DNA of 248,000 nucleotides from Hyalangium minutum (GTDB lineage Bacteria > Myxococcota > Myxococcia > Myxococcales > Myxococcaceae), in the NCBI RefSeq assembly GCF_000737315.1, contig NZ_JMCB01000004.1:20001-268000 (forward strand). Direction: 5' to 3'. Positions 92,901 through 103,912 of this stretch are shown piece after piece. The position numbers were made by a program, and so were the translations under genes. Each line of letters opens with the position of its first letter. Within the stretch, counting starts at the first letter, position 1. The notes below the pieces were generated by a model. That model searched no databases, had not been told where the DNA came from, and saw only the letters and a list, made by a program, of their open reading frames with translations.

Positions 92901-95800
92901 CAGTTACCTCCCGAGGCCCGGTGAGCGCGGATGGACTGGTGCGCGAGCGCCACGAGGATGAGCAACGTGGAGCCCAGCACCAGGCAGAACACGCCCAGGT
93001 CGAAGAACAGCGCGCTTCCGATGTGGAGCTCGCCCAGCACCGGCACGCTCAGATGGAAGGTGTGCGAGGTGAGCAGCGGGTACCCGACGGCGAGCGCCCC
93101 CGCGGCCGTGCCGAGGACAAACAGGAGCCCCATGCCTATCAGCGCGCGCGGCGCGAGGCGCACCCGCTGCTCGATCCACTCCGTCCCGGAGACGATGTAC
93201 TGGAGCAGGAAGCCCACCGACATCACCAGCCCTGCCACGAACCCGCCACCCGGCGCGTTGTGTCCACGCAGGAAGAAGAACGCCGCCACGACTCCCGAGA
93301 CGGGCAGGAGCAAGCGGATCAGCACCGCTGGGATTGTCAGGTAACCCGTCGCCGTGTCGCGCGTCTCTCGTGGAGTCACCAGATCTGTCTGCACGTCCTT
93401 CGGCTGCGCCTGCTGTTGAGGAGGGAGCTTCATCACCTCGGACGCGGGCCGGAAGCGCCGCAGGAGCGCGTAGACCGTGAGCGCGACGAGCGAGAGCACC
93501 ACCCCCTCCCCGAAGGTGTCGAACCCGCGGAAGTCCACCAGCATCACGTTCACCACGTTCCGCCCGCCTCCGCCGCTCAGTGAGTGCTCGAGGAAGAAGG
93601 AGGTGCGCTCGGGGAGCTCGCGCGTCATCACCGCATAGGCCAGGAGCGCCATCCCGCAGCCGCTGCTCACCGCGATGATGAAGTCGCGGATTCGCCGGCC
93701 TCTGGCGATCCGCCGGGTATGCGCATCGTACACGCCGCGAGCTGGCTCCCGCGCCGGGAGCCACCTGAGCCCGAGCAGGATGAGCAGCGTCGTCACCACC
93801 TCCACGATGAGCTGGGTGAGCGCCAGATCCGGAGCGGAGAACCAGATGAACGTGATGCAGCTCACCGCGCCCGCGGTCCCCAAGAGCATGAGCGAGGCAA
93901 GCCGGTGGAACTTGGCCTGCCAGGCGGCTCCCACCGCCGCGATGCCTCCGATGACCCACAGCGCGGTGAACACCGGAGAGAGCGGTACCAGCGGGCGATC
94001 TCCCTTGCCGATGCCACCCCACAGCGCCACGACGCCTACCAGCAGCGTGACCAGCACCATCGCCATCAACTGCCGCTGGAGCCCCGCGGTGAGGAGCCAG
94101 CGGCGGATCCACCGGCTCGCCGCGGTGAGCCACGCCAGCAGTGACGTGAAGAGCCGCGCGCCATCGAACCGCTCCACGAAGCGGCCTCCGAGGCCCACCC
94201 GTGCCGCCTTCAGCCGCTGGACCCCCCGGTACAACACCACGCCCCCCCCCAGCGCCAGCGCGCTCATGAGGAGCGGAGGCGTGAACCCATGCCAGAGCTT
94301 GAGGCTGTAGGGGGGGATCTGTCCGCCCACGACCGGCCGGGACGCGGCCTCGAGAATCGGCCCGATCGACACCGCGGGAGCGACGCCCACCACCAGGCAC
94401 AGGAGGACCAGGATCTCGACGGGGACGCGCATCCACTTGGGCGGCTCCTCCGGAACACGCGGGGTGTTCCGCTCGCTGGCGGGTCCGAAGAACACCTGCA
94501 CCGCGAACCGGAGCGAGTAGGCGACGCTCCCCATGCCCGCCAGGGTCGCCGCGATGGGCAGGCCCACCTGGACTGCGGGAATGGCGTCGATGAAGACGGT
94601 CTCGGCGAAGAACATCTCCTTCGACAGGAAGCCATTGAGCAGGGGAACACCCGCCATCGCCGCCGTGGCGACGAGCGCCAGCGTGCCGGTGATGGGCATC
94701 AGGCGGAAGAGCCCCGACAGCCGCCGGATGTCCCGCGTCCCCGTCTCATGATCGATGATGCCCACCGCCATGAACAGCGACGCCTTGAAGGCCGCGTGGT
94801 TCATGATGTGGAACACCGCCGCCACCGCCGCGAGCGGGCTGTTGAGCCCGAGCAGCAGCACCACCAGCCCCAGGTGCGAGATGGTGGAGTATGCGAGCAG
94901 CCCCTTCAGGTCGCGCTGGAACAGCGCCGCCCACGCGCCGAGCAGCAGCGTGACGAGCCCCGCGGAGCCAGTGAGCCAGAACCAGAGCTCCGTCCCAGAC
95001 AGCACCGGCCACAGCCGCGCCAGCAGGAACACGCCCAGCTTCACCATGGTCGCCGAGTGCAGATACGCCGACACCGGCGTGGGCGCCGCCATCGCGTTCG
95101 GGAGCCAGAAGTGGAAGGGGAACTGGGCGCTCTTGGTGAACGCGCCGATGAGGATGAGGCAGAGCGCCACCGGGTAGAGGGGATGGGACTGGACTGCCTG
95201 CGCGCTCCCGAGGACGGTGTCCAGTTCGTAGCTGCCGGCAATCTTCCCGAGCACCAGCAGCCCCGCGAGGAGGCTCAGGCCGCCCATACCGGTGACCGTG
95301 AGCGCCATCCGGGCCCCCCGCTGTGCGTCCTTCCGCTGGTTCCAGTAGCCAATGAGCAGGAACGAGAAGAGGGACGTCAGCTCCCAGAAGAAGGCAAGCT
95401 GCAGCAAATTTCCCGAGAGGGCCACGCCCAGCATCGCCCCCATGAAGGCCAGCAGGAAGGCGAAGAACCTGGGCACGGGATCCGACGGTGAGAGGTAGTA
95501 GCGCGCATACAGCATCACCAGCGCGCCGATGCCCAGCACGAGCACGCAGAAGGTCCACGAGAAGCCGTCGAGCCGCAGCACGAGGCTGAGCCCGAGCGAG
95601 GGGACCCACGCGAAGCGCTCGGCCCACACGCCCCCGTCCTGGACGCTCGGGAAGTGGAGCGCCACGCCCACGAGGCCCGCCAGCGCGGTGAGCCCCGCGA
95701 GCCCCGCTGCGCGGTTCCGGGCACTCGTGGGCAGCAATGCCGCGATGACACCGGCAACCCAGGGAATGACCAGGAGGGCAAGGAGGGGCATCCCTGGCAT
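92900..95800 (-). CDS. phaA: Mrp/Pha antiporter fused subunit A/B
   Basis: KSAQFPFHFWLPNAMAAPTP; GHNAPGGGF. Confidence 0.93.
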   Translation of the reverse strand: MPGMPLLALLVIPWVAGVIAALLPTSARNRAAGLAGLTALAGLVGVALHFPSVQDGGVWAERFAWVPSLGLSLVLRLDGFSWTFCVLVLGIGALVMLYARYYLSPSDPVPRFFAFLLAFMGAMLGVALSGNLLQLAFFWELTSLFSFLLIGYWNQRKDAQRGARMALTVTGMGGLSLLAGLLVLGKIAGSYELDTVLGSAQAVQSHPLYPVALCLILIGAFTKSAQFPFHFWLPNAMAAPTPVSAYLHSATMVKLGVFLLARLWPVLSGTELWFWLTGSAGLVTLLLGAWAALFQRDLKGLLAYSTISHLGLVVLLLGLNSPLAAVAAVFHIMNHAAFKASLFMAVGIIDHETGTRDIRRLSGLFRLMPITGTLALVATAAMAGVPLLNGFLSKEMFFAETVFIDAIPAVQVGLPIAATLAGMGSVAYSLRFAVQVFFGPASERNTPRVPEEPPKWMRVPVEILVLLCLVVGVAPAVSIGPILEAASRPVVGGQIPPYSLKLWHGFTPPLLMSALALGGGVVLYRGVQRLKAARVGLGGRFVERFDGARLFTSLLAWLTAASRWIRRWLLTAGLQRQLMAMVLVTLLVGVVALWGGIGKGDRPLVPLSPVFTALWVIGGIAAVGAAWQAKFHRLASLMLLGTAGAVSCITFIWFSAPDLALTQLIVEVVTTLLILLGLRWLPAREPARGVYDAHTRRIARGRRIRDFIIAVSSGCGMALLAYAVMTRELPERTSFFLEHSLSGGGGRNVVNVMLVDFRGFDTFGEGVVLSLVALTVYALLRRFRPASEVMKLPPQQQAQPKDVQTDLVTPRETRDTATGYLTIPAVLIRLLLPVSGVVAAFFFLRGHNAPGGGFVAGLVMSVGFLLQYIVSGTEWIEQRVRLAPRALIGMGLLFVLGTAAGALAVGYPLLTSHTFHLSVPVLGELHIGSALFFDLGVFCLVLGSTLLILVALAHQSIRAHRASGGN

Positions 95801-95996
95801 TGCGCCAACCTGTTCGTTCCCACGGCAAGCAGTAATGAGAAGAAAGGCGGCGGAGGGCGTTGGGTAAGTAACGGATGGAGCGCCGTGGGAGGCCTTGGCG
95901 ACCAGCCCTTGAGGGTCTGTCCGAGGAGCACGCGGCACGACAGCCCTTGTGGCCCCTCCTCCTGCGCCCCACTTCTTTCCGTAGGAGAGACCTTCC

Positions 95997-96680
95997 ATGG
96001 TGCGTTTTCGAGATCGCTTCGAGGCGGGCCGTGTTCTCGCTGGGCGTCTGCACGCCTATGCCGGCCGCGGCGATGTGCTCGTGCTGGCGCTGCCACGTGG
96101 CGGCGTTCCCGTGGGCTTCGAGGTCGCGCGGAGGCTCGGTGCGCCTCTGGACGTGTTCGTGGTGCGCAAGCTCGGCACGCCGGGCCACGAGGAGCTGGCC
96201 ATGGGGGCCATCGCCACGGGGGGCGTCCGGGTCCTCAACGAGGACGTCGTCGAGAGCCTCAACATCCCCGAGAGGGCCATCGCGCGCGCCACCGAGCGCG
96301 AGGAGCTGGAGCTGGCCCGGAGGGAGCGGCTCTTCCGGGGCAGCAGACCGCCGCCCCGCATCGAGGGCCAGACGGTGATTCTCGTGGATGACGGGCTGGC
96401 CACCGGCTCCACCATGCGGGCTGGGCTCATGGCGCTGCGCCAGCGGGCGCCCGCTCGCCTCGTGGCCGCCGTCCCCGTGGGCGCCCCCGAGACATGTGCG
96501 GAACTCCAGGAGCTTGCAGACGAGGTGATCTGCGCCATCACGCCCGAGCCCTTCTTCGCGGTGGGCCAGTGGTACGGGGACTTCATGCAGACCTCCGACG
96601 AAGAGGTGTACGAACTGCTGGAGCGCGCGGCGCACGAGCATGAGGAGCGAGGGGCGGGGGCCTCTCCAGAAGCCCCTTGA
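95997..96680 (+). CDS. Phosphoribosyltransferase family protein
   Basis: LPRGG, VRKLG, VDDGLATG. Confidence 0.9.
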   Translation: MVRFRDRFEAGRVLAGRLHAYAGRGDVLVLALPRGGVPVGFEVARRLGAPLDVFVVRKLGTPGHEELAMGAIATGGVRVLNEDVVESLNIPERAIARATEREELELARRERLFRGSRPPPRIEGQTVILVDDGLATGSTMRAGLMALRQRAPARLVAAVPVGAPETCAELQELADEVICAITPEPFFAVGQWYGDFMQTSDEEVYELLERAAHEHEERGAGASPEAP

Positions 96681-96740
96681 GCCCAGCGGGAGAGGCGTGC
96701 GGCAGGTGCCTGCCCCGCCTGAAGAGCGGAGGGACAGACC

Positions 96741-97445
96741 ATGGCGGAGCGCGGTGTCACGGAACACGAGGTGCAGGTCGAGGCGGAGCCCGGTGTGCGG
96801 CTGGAGGGCACCTTGAGCGTGCCGGAGATGGCCTTGGGCGTGGTGCTGTTCGCCCACGGCAGTGGCAGTAGCCGGTTCAGTCCTCGCAACCGGTACGTCG
96901 CCAGCGTGCTCCAGCGTGCGGGGTTGGCGACGCTCCTCATCGATCTGCTGACGGCGGGCGAGGAGGAATCCGAGCGGTGGACGCGCCACTTGCGCTTCGA
97001 CATCGAACTGCTGGCGCGGCGGCTCATCGGAGCCAAGCAGTGGCTGATGCAGGCGCCGGAGCTGCGAGGACAGTCCATCGGCTTGTTCGGGTCGAGCACG
97101 GGGGCGGCGGCTGCGCTCGTGGCCGCGGCGCGTGAGCCCGAGTCCATGGGTGCCGTGGTGTCTCGGGGAGGCCGGCCAGACCTGGCGGGCCTCGTGCTGC
97201 CCCATGTGCGGGCGCCCACGCTGCTCATCGTGGGCGGGGACGACGTGGAGGTGCTGGAGCTCAACCGCGAGGCGTTGGATGCGCTGCGCACCGTCAAGCG
97301 GTTGGAGGTGGTTCCGGGGGCGAGCCACCTCTTCGAGGAGCCGGGGACGCTCGAGCAGGTAGCCAGGCTGGCCCGGGACTGGTTCCTCCAGCAGTTTGCC
97401 GCCGCTTCGCGCGAGAGCCCGGCGGGCGAGCCGCCGTCCTGGTGA
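96741..97445 (+). CDS. Dienelactone-hydrolase-like alpha/beta hydrolase
   Basis: HGSGSSRFSPRN, GSSTG, SRGGRPDL. Confidence 0.88.
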   Translation: MAERGVTEHEVQVEAEPGVRLEGTLSVPEMALGVVLFAHGSGSSRFSPRNRYVASVLQRAGLATLLIDLLTAGEEESERWTRHLRFDIELLARRLIGAKQWLMQAPELRGQSIGLFGSSTGAAAALVAAAREPESMGAVVSRGGRPDLAGLVLPHVRAPTLLIVGGDDVEVLELNREALDALRTVKRLEVVPGASHLFEEPGTLEQVARLARDWFLQQFAAASRESPAGEPPSW

Positions 97446-97594
97446 AGCGCCAGGACCCTGGCAAAATGCCTGGGTGGGTGTGGCACGTTGCCACGGTCTC
97501 TCGTGCCTTGAGGTGGAGTCACGTGGGCGGTCACGCAGGTTCGTAAGTTGCTAAGGATGGCGGCCCCCCCTTGGGACGTTGAGCAGTCCACTCC

Positions 97595-99715
97595 ATGCGC
97601 CATCCTCTGGTCCCCATCCTCCTGCTCTGTGCCGCGCTCGCCGCTGTGGGAGGAGGCGTGCTCATGGTCCTCCAGCGCAGCCGCGCCGAGCTGGTGCAGC
97701 AGTTTGCCCGCGACCGTCAGGCCCAGCTCGATGAGGCGGCTCGGGGTGTGGCCGAGGCACTGGAGGACGTCAGCGAGGATCTCCTCTTCGCCGGAGAGCT
97801 CCTCTCCCAACCCGGAACCTCCGAAGATCATCGGCGCGAGCTGAGGGCCCTGTTGGAGGTCATCGGTCAGTACAAGACCATTGCCTCCTATGACGCGGCC
97901 GGCATCGAGCAGCTCCGGCTGGTGGATCGGCGTGCCGACCCCCTGGTCGTCCAGGGAAAGTTCTTCCCCGCCCTCTCGGAGACTGCGCTCCGGGCGCTTG
98001 AGCGGCCCCCAGGGGACATCACCAGCTCTCCGCCTCTGGCCGTCGGCGCGGAGGGGGGCTGGCTGCGCATCCTCGCCACCGCGATCCCCAGCGAGGAAGG
98101 CCAGCCTCGAGGTGCTGTCGCCGTCCTGGTGGACACGCAGTCCCTCTTCGCTCCGCTCAAGATCGTCACCTCGGATCCCGAGGCACGTCTGCTGCTCATC
98201 GGCGCGCACGGACGGCCCAGCCCTGCCAGTGATGCAGGGCTCGCTGACTGGTACCGGCGGCTGGAGACAGAGCAGGGGCTCGTCCCCACGTACGCCGAGC
98301 TGGCCTCGAAGATGAAGAGTGGCGAGCGCGGCACGCTGATGATCAGCGAGCAAGAAGCGGAACGGCTGGGCCTGGGAAGGGCCGAGGCCGTCGCCGCCTT
98401 CACCGCCATGCAGCTCAAGGGCGGCAGCCACTGGTCCGCCGCCACCCTGGTCTCCACCCATACACTGCGCTCCCACGAGCGGGGGCTCATCTTCCGTCTG
98501 TCGCTGGCGGCCCTCCTGGTGACGCTGTTCCTGGTGGCGTTCGGGATCTACGTCTTCGTGGCCCAGCGCCGCGCTGTAGCCCTGCGCGAGAGCCGCCGGC
98601 ATGCGGATCGGCTCGCGCACCTGCACGACAAGACCCAGAAGATCCTCGACAACATCCCCACTGGGGTGCTGGCCCTGACCGCCGAAGGACGCATCAGCGC
98701 TGTGAACCAGGCCCTGCGCTCCCGGATGCCCTCCCGTGTCGTCGGCATCTCCCTGGCCGAGGCCTTCCCCCATGCGCCCGAGCCGGTGATGAGCCGGATG
98801 CAGGGGCTCGTGGAGGCCGCCACCCGTGAGACCCGTGTGCGCAGCCTCTTGGGAGAACCGCTGGCCCTCTTCGGCGAGGAAGGCCAGTACAGCATCCACG
98901 CCGTGCCGCTGGAGGCCCGCGAGCCCGAGGTGCGCACGCTCCTCGTCGTCGAGGATCTCAGCAACCTCCGCGCCCTGGAGACCCAGCTCCTGCGCGCCGA
99001 GAAGTTCGCCACCGTGGGCGTACTCGCCGCGGGCATTGCTCACGAGATCGGCACGCCCCTGGGCGTGGTCCGAGGCCGCGCGGAGTATGTCCTCGGCAAG
99101 CTGGGCTCAGGCCATCCTCAGGCAGCCGGTGTGGGCGTCATCATCGAGCAAATCGATCATGTGAGCCGGACCATCCGCCAGCTGCTCGACTTCTCGCGGC
99201 TCCAGCCCGCGGCGGTGCGTCCGGTGGCGCTCGGGCCGCTGCTGCGCGACGTGAGCGAGCTGCTCCGCCTGGAGGCCGAGCGGCGTCAGGTCCGCCTCGA
99301 GTGGGAGCTCCCAGAGGGAGTGCCCGCGATCGCCGCTGATCCCGATCAGATCCAGCAGGTGCTCGTGAACCTGGCGCTCAATGCGTGTGATGCGTGCAGT
99401 GCCGGAGGCCGTGTCCGCCTGAAGGCCGCGGCGCCGGATGCGTCCTCCTCGAGCGCCTGGGGGCTCGTGCCGGTCACCGTCGAGGACGATGGGTGCGGAA
99501 TTCCGCCGGAGAGTCTCAACCAGGTGTTTGATCCCTTCTTCACGACGAAGAAGCGAGGGCAGGGAACCGGGCTCGGCTTGACGGTGGTCGCGCACGTCGT
99601 CCGCAACCATGGTGGGCGGGTGGAACTGGAGAGCAAGCCCGGGCGTGGCACGTGTGTCACCGTGCTCTGGCCCGCGGCGGGGCCCGCCGTGACAGAGGAG
99701 CAGCATGGCATCTAA
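97595..99715 (+). CDS. Membrane sensor histidine kinase
   Basis: HEIGTP, GTGLGL. Confidence 0.9.
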   Translation: MRHPLVPILLLCAALAAVGGGVLMVLQRSRAELVQQFARDRQAQLDEAARGVAEALEDVSEDLLFAGELLSQPGTSEDHRRELRALLEVIGQYKTIASYDAAGIEQLRLVDRRADPLVVQGKFFPALSETALRALERPPGDITSSPPLAVGAEGGWLRILATAIPSEEGQPRGAVAVLVDTQSLFAPLKIVTSDPEARLLLIGAHGRPSPASDAGLADWYRRLETEQGLVPTYAELASKMKSGERGTLMISEQEAERLGLGRAEAVAAFTAMQLKGGSHWSAATLVSTHTLRSHERGLIFRLSLAALLVTLFLVAFGIYVFVAQRRAVALRESRRHADRLAHLHDKTQKILDNIPTGVLALTAEGRISAVNQALRSRMPSRVVGISLAEAFPHAPEPVMSRMQGLVEAATRETRVRSLLGEPLALFGEEGQYSIHAVPLEAREPEVRTLLVVEDLSNLRALETQLLRAEKFATVGVLAAGIAHEIGTPLGVVRGRAEYVLGKLGSGHPQAAGVGVIIEQIDHVSRTIRQLLDFSRLQPAAVRPVALGPLLRDVSELLRLEAERRQVRLEWELPEGVPAIAADPDQIQQVLVNLALNACDACSAGGRVRLKAAAPDASSSSAWGLVPVTVEDDGCGIPPESLNQVFDPFFTTKKRGQGTGLGLTVVAHVVRNHGGRVELESKPGRGTCVTVLWPAAGPAVTEEQHGI

Positions 99716-101078
99716 GGAACGCATCCTGGTCGTCGACGACCACGTGGAGATGGGGCGGATGCTTCAGGATCCCCTCACGGACGAGGGGTATGAAGTGGAG
99801 CTCGCCACGGGAGGCTCGGAGGCCATCCGGCTCGTGCGTGCCCGCCCGTTCGACGCGGTCCTGAGCGATCTGCGCATGGAGCAGGTGGACGGCTTCGACG
99901 TGCTGGCCGCGGTGCGCGCCATGGACCCCGAGGTGCCCGTGCTGCTGATGACGGCCTTCGGGAACGTCGAGAGCGCGGTGGAGGCGATGCGGCGGGGCGC
100001 CTGGCACTACTTCACCAAGCCCTTTCGGCTGGAGGAGGTGCTCATCTACCTGCGCCGGGCCCTGGACGAGCGGCGGCTGCGCGCGGAGAACCGGGTGCTG
100101 CGCAAGGCCGCGGGGCCGGGCGGACTCGGGGCGCTGGTGGGCCGGAGCGCCGCCATGCGCAGCCTGTACGAGATGATCGAGCCCGTGGCCCACTCGGGTG
100201 CACCCGTGCTGCTCCGGGGCGAGAGCGGCAGCGGCAAGGAGCTGGTGGCGCGGGCGCTGCACTCGGAGGGGCCTCGGGCCGCCGAGCCCTTCGTGGCCGT
100301 CAACTGCACCGCTCTGCCGCACGCACTGCTGGAGAGCGAGCTGTTCGGCCACGTGAAGGGCGCCTTCACCGGGGCCACGACGCCCCGGCGGGGGCTCTTC
100401 GTCGAGGCGGACAAGGGCACGCTCTTCCTGGACGAGATCGGCGACATGCCCTCCGAGCTCCAGGCCAAGCTGCTGCGGGTGCTGGAGGACGGCGAGGTGC
100501 GCGCGGTGGGCGCGGATTCCAGCCGCAAGGTGGAGGTGCGCATCGTCGCGGCCACCCACCAGGACCTGGAGATGCGGGTCCGCGAGGGCCGCTTCCGGGC
100601 GGATCTCTTCTACCGCCTCAACGTCGTCACCCTGCGGATTCCGCCCCTGCGCGAGCGGCGCGAGGACATTCCGCTGCTCGTGGAGCACTTCGTCTCGCGG
100701 GCCCGTGCGAGGAACCCCCGCTCCAAGGTGACGGCGCTGTCGCCCGAGGTGGTCTCCGCGCTGGGCGCCATGCCGTGGCCGGGCAATGTGCGCGAGCTGG
100801 AGAACCTGGTCGAGCGGCTGGTGGTGCTCATTCCCCGGGAGATGGTGGAGGTGGGCGATCTCCGGCTTCACGCACCGGCGGTGAGTCCCGAAGCCCACCC
100901 GCTCGCCCTGGCCCAGGAGGGGGTGTGGCCCCTGCGCCAGCTCGAGGGCGAGTACATCTCCTGGGTGGTGGCCCACTGTGGGGGCAACAAGACGCGGGCG
101001 GCGGAGCTGCTCGGCATCGATGTCTCCACCATCCACCGCCGCGAGCGGGAGAGGGGTTCTGGCAATCCGCCACGGTGA
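99705..101078 (+). CDS. Sigma-54-dependent response regulator
   Basis: GESGSGKE, GAFTGA, Fis-type HTH. Confidence 0.95.
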   Translation: MASKERILVVDDHVEMGRMLQDPLTDEGYEVELATGGSEAIRLVRARPFDAVLSDLRMEQVDGFDVLAAVRAMDPEVPVLLMTAFGNVESAVEAMRRGAWHYFTKPFRLEEVLIYLRRALDERRLRAENRVLRKAAGPGGLGALVGRSAAMRSLYEMIEPVAHSGAPVLLRGESGSGKELVARALHSEGPRAAEPFVAVNCTALPHALLESELFGHVKGAFTGATTPRRGLFVEADKGTLFLDEIGDMPSELQAKLLRVLEDGEVRAVGADSSRKVEVRIVAATHQDLEMRVREGRFRADLFYRLNVVTLRIPPLRERREDIPLLVEHFVSRARARNPRSKVTALSPEVVSALGAMPWPGNVRELENLVERLVVLIPREMVEVGDLRLHAPAVSPEAHPLALAQEGVWPLRQLEGEYISWVVAHCGGNKTRAAELLGIDVSTIHRRERERGSGNPPR

Positions 101079-101166
101079 GGGTGGCGGGATACCAGGGTGG
101101 ACGGTGGGAGGAGGGGGACTCCCGAGGGAGGAGGGCTCGGGCACGGACGTTGCTTCAACGAGGGGC

Positions 101167-101694
101167 ATGCGCTCATACCTTCTTCCCCTCGTCCTGCTCG
101201 CGATTGGCGCGAGCGCCTGTGCCACGAAGACCGCGGCGACCACCTCCACGGAGGGCGTCTCCTCGGTGGACACCTCGCCGCGTCCCGGCCCGGTGAAGCC
101301 CGCTCCGGCGCCCGCGCCGGTGGCCGAGCTGTCACCGCTGGACTTCGGCCCCATCTACTACGAGCTGGACTCGGCGACCCTGCGGGCGGACTCGCGGGAG
101401 ATGCTCGAGCGGGCCGCGGAGGCCCTGCGGAAGCGTCCCGAGGCGCGCGTGACGATCTCCGGGCACACCTGTGAGCTGGGCACCACCGAGTACAACCTGG
101501 CGCTGGGCCAGCGGCGGGCCGCCTCCGCTCGGGACTACATGGTGAAGCTCGGCGTGGAGCCGGCGCGCATCGGTCTCGTGTCCTATGGCGAGGAGCGTCC
101601 GGCCGAGCAGGGCACGGGCGAGAGTGTCTGGTCCAAGAACCGCCGCAGCGAGTTCACGGTCACTGTGGCCCACGCCCGGGCGGGTACGCCGTAG
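101167..101694 (+). CDS. OmpA/Pal family lipoprotein
   Basis: Lipobox ASAC; YNLALGQRRA, SYGEERP, NRR. Confidence 0.9.
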   Translation: MRSYLLPLVLLAIGASACATKTAATTSTEGVSSVDTSPRPGPVKPAPAPAPVAELSPLDFGPIYYELDSATLRADSREMLERAAEALRKRPEARVTISGHTCELGTTEYNLALGQRRAASARDYMVKLGVEPARIGLVSYGEERPAEQGTGESVWSKNRRSEFTVTVAHARAGTP

Positions 101695-101696
101695 CC

Positions 101697-102074
101697 GTGG
101701 GGGCTCGACAGGCCGGTCAGGCGCTGCTGTTGGGCGCCGACGAGTCACTGGCCGCGCTCCTGGCGGATGTTCTCTCGGAGGTGGGCATCTCCCTGCACGT
101801 GGGGGAAGGGCCTCCCGCTCGTCCGGATCTCGTGCTCGTCCAGATCGAGCGCGGCGAGAGCCTCCTGAGCGCGCTGCAGGGCGCCCGGGATGGGACGTAC
101901 CCGGCACCGGTCTTCGTCCTGCTGCCGTTCGCGGACGATCGAATGATGCAGCGCGCGCTGCGGCTGGGCGCTCGGGGGTGCTTCGCGCTCGGGCAGCCGC
102001 TCGAAGTGCTGCGGCGGATGGTGCTCTCGGTGCTCCCCGCCGTGGGTCCGCTCGCGCCCAAGAGGATTCGATGA
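101697..102074 (+). CDS. Degenerate receiver-like protein
   Basis: CheY-like alternating pattern lacking canonical Asp. Confidence 0.45.
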   Translation: MGARQAGQALLLGADESLAALLADVLSEVGISLHVGEGPPARPDLVLVQIERGESLLSALQGARDGTYPAPVFVLLPFADDRMMQRALRLGARGCFALGQPLEVLRRMVLSVLPAVGPLAPKRIR

Positions 102075-102535
102075 GTGATTCCGAGCAGGTGACAGGACCT
102101 CAGTTGGGGCAAGAGGAGACTCTCCTCTTCAACGAACAGGGCGTGCTCGTCACGAGCGAGCGCGTGGTCGCCTCCGGCCGCACGTGGCGAGTGGGCGAGC
102201 TGGTCGGGGTGGGCTCCATTCGCCGCAGTCCGCGCGTCCTCCCCTGGCTGGTGATCCTGGTGCTGGGCGCGATCGTGGGGTTGCCGGTGCTCAGCTCGCT
102301 CCTGGTCAGCCCCCACGCGCCGGGCAGCCTGAGCTACGACGTGGTGCTGGCGCTGGCGGGGACGGCCATCTTCGCCTCCATCGCTGCGCTCGTGGTGGTG
102401 GGAGACAGCTACTGGCTCGTGCTGCGCACGCGGCAGCGAGAAGGGCACGTTCTCCGCAGCCGGGACCCCCAGCTCATCTCGAAGCTGGTGACCGTGGTGG
102501 GCGAGGCCGCGGAGGCCGCGCGCCAGCGGCGCTGA
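102071..102535 (+). CDS. Two-TM protein (DUF6232-like)
   Basis: GVLVTSERVV, two TMs. Confidence 0.6.
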   Translation: MSDSEQVTGPQLGQEETLLFNEQGVLVTSERVVASGRTWRVGELVGVGSIRRSPRVLPWLVILVLGAIVGLPVLSSLLVSPHAPGSLSYDVVLALAGTAIFASIAALVVVGDSYWLVLRTRQREGHVLRSRDPQLISKLVTVVGEAAEAARQRR

Positions 102536-102577
102536 GCAGGCAGAGCAGGCCGGGGCTGGGAGGCCCCGGGCGAGACG

Positions 102578-103426
102578 TCACGGAACGGTGATCTCCGCCG
102601 TGCCCACCTTGCGGCCGGCGGAGATGGAGATCAGGGCGCGCCCAGGCCCCACCGCCGTGGCCTTGCCGGAGCGGGAGATCCGGACGACGGAGGCATTCGA
102701 GGTGAACCAGTGGACGGGCACGCCTTCCACGGGCTTCCCCCGGCTGTCACGCACCTTGGTCTGGAGCTGAAGCTCCTGGCCTCGCTTCAAGGTAGACGTG
102801 CCCGGGTCGATGGACACCTGCGAGAGCGCGGGCATGACGAGGACGGACAGCTCCTGCCGCAAGTCTCCCAAGGTGGCCGTGAGCACGGCGGTGCCTGGGG
102901 CCACGCCGACGACCTTCCCGGCCTCGATGCGCGCGATGTGCTCGTCGCTGCTGCTCCACTCGGGAGTGCCATGGCGGATGCGCTTGCCCCGCTCATCCAG
103001 CACCGTGGCGGTGAGCCGCTCGGGGCGTCCCACCTCGATGAAGCTCCCATTCCCCGCCTGAAGCACCAGCTTGCCGGGAATGGACACCACGAAGCTCAGG
103101 CTGGCCCGGGCCTTCCCGCCGGAGACGTGGATGGTGGCGCGCCCGGTGCTCCGCGCGGTGACCACCCCGTTCTCCACCGTGGCGACCTCTGGCGCGGAGC
103201 TGGACCAGCTCAGCCGGGGCTCCGCCAGCCGTCGTCCCTGGGCATCGTGCGCCATGGACTCCAGCCTGATGGCTTGGCCTCGCTCCCCCAGCAGGCGAAC
103301 CTCCGGCTCCACGAGCGTCAGCTGCTCGGGAACCGGATCGCACCCGATGAGCAGGGCGCTCGAGAGGAAGCACAGCAGGGGGCGGCGGAGCAGCGGGGGC
103401 ACGATCATTCCGAGGCGCATGGGCAT
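102578..103426 (-). CDS. Big_2 Ig-like repeat lipoprotein
   Basis: WSSSAPEVATV repeats. Confidence 0.82.
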   Translation of the reverse strand: MPMRLGMIVPPLLRRPLLCFLSSALLIGCDPVPEQLTLVEPEVRLLGERGQAIRLESMAHDAQGRRLAEPRLSWSSSAPEVATVENGVVTARSTGRATIHVSGGKARASLSFVVSIPGKLVLQAGNGSFIEVGRPERLTATVLDERGKRIRHGTPEWSSSDEHIARIEAGKVVGVAPGTAVLTATLGDLRQELSVLVMPALSQVSIDPGTSTLKRGQELQLQTKVRDSRGKPVEGVPVHWFTSNASVVRISRSGKATAVGPGRALISISAGRKVGTAEITVP

Positions 103427-103440
103427 GCGGCGGCAGGGGG

Positions 103441-103731
103441 CTACTTGCGGCCCGTCTTCTTGGGGGGCGGGGGGGCAGGCCTCTCCGCGGCGAGCTTCAG
103501 CTCATCACGCTCCCGCGACACCTCCGTGAGGGTGTCTTCCAAATCCGCGACCTTGGCCTTCAAGGTCTTGTTCTCCGCGCGCAACACGCGCGACTCCGCG
103601 CGCAGCGAGTCGGTCTCCGAGCGCAGTGAGGTCGCCTCCGCGCGCACCTGCCTCAGCTCCTTGGAGGGACCACATGCCGAGAGCAGCCCTCCGGCTAGCA
103701 CTGCCATCACCCAGGTCTTCATCAACGCCAA
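103441..103731 (-). CDS. Small coiled-coil lipoprotein
   Basis: ACGPSKEL lipobox; heptad pattern. Confidence 0.7.
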   Translation of the reverse strand: MALMKTWVMAVLAGGLLSACGPSKELRQVRAEATSLRSETDSLRAESRVLRAENKTLKAKVADLEDTLTEVSRERDELKLAAERPAPPPPKKTGRK

Positions 103732-103912
103732 GCTCCTCGAGGGCTCGCGCCAGCGGCCTTCCGCTGGAGGCGGCCCACCCGCGAGTGCAGAGCAAGCCGT
103801 GTGCCCACAGCCCAGCTGCTCTGAGTCGCCCGGCTCTGGGCGCGGAACCGTGGCAAGACGCCAGACCTCCCTGGCGTGTTGCCATGCCTCTGTGGCACGC
103901 CCGGGGCCTGCG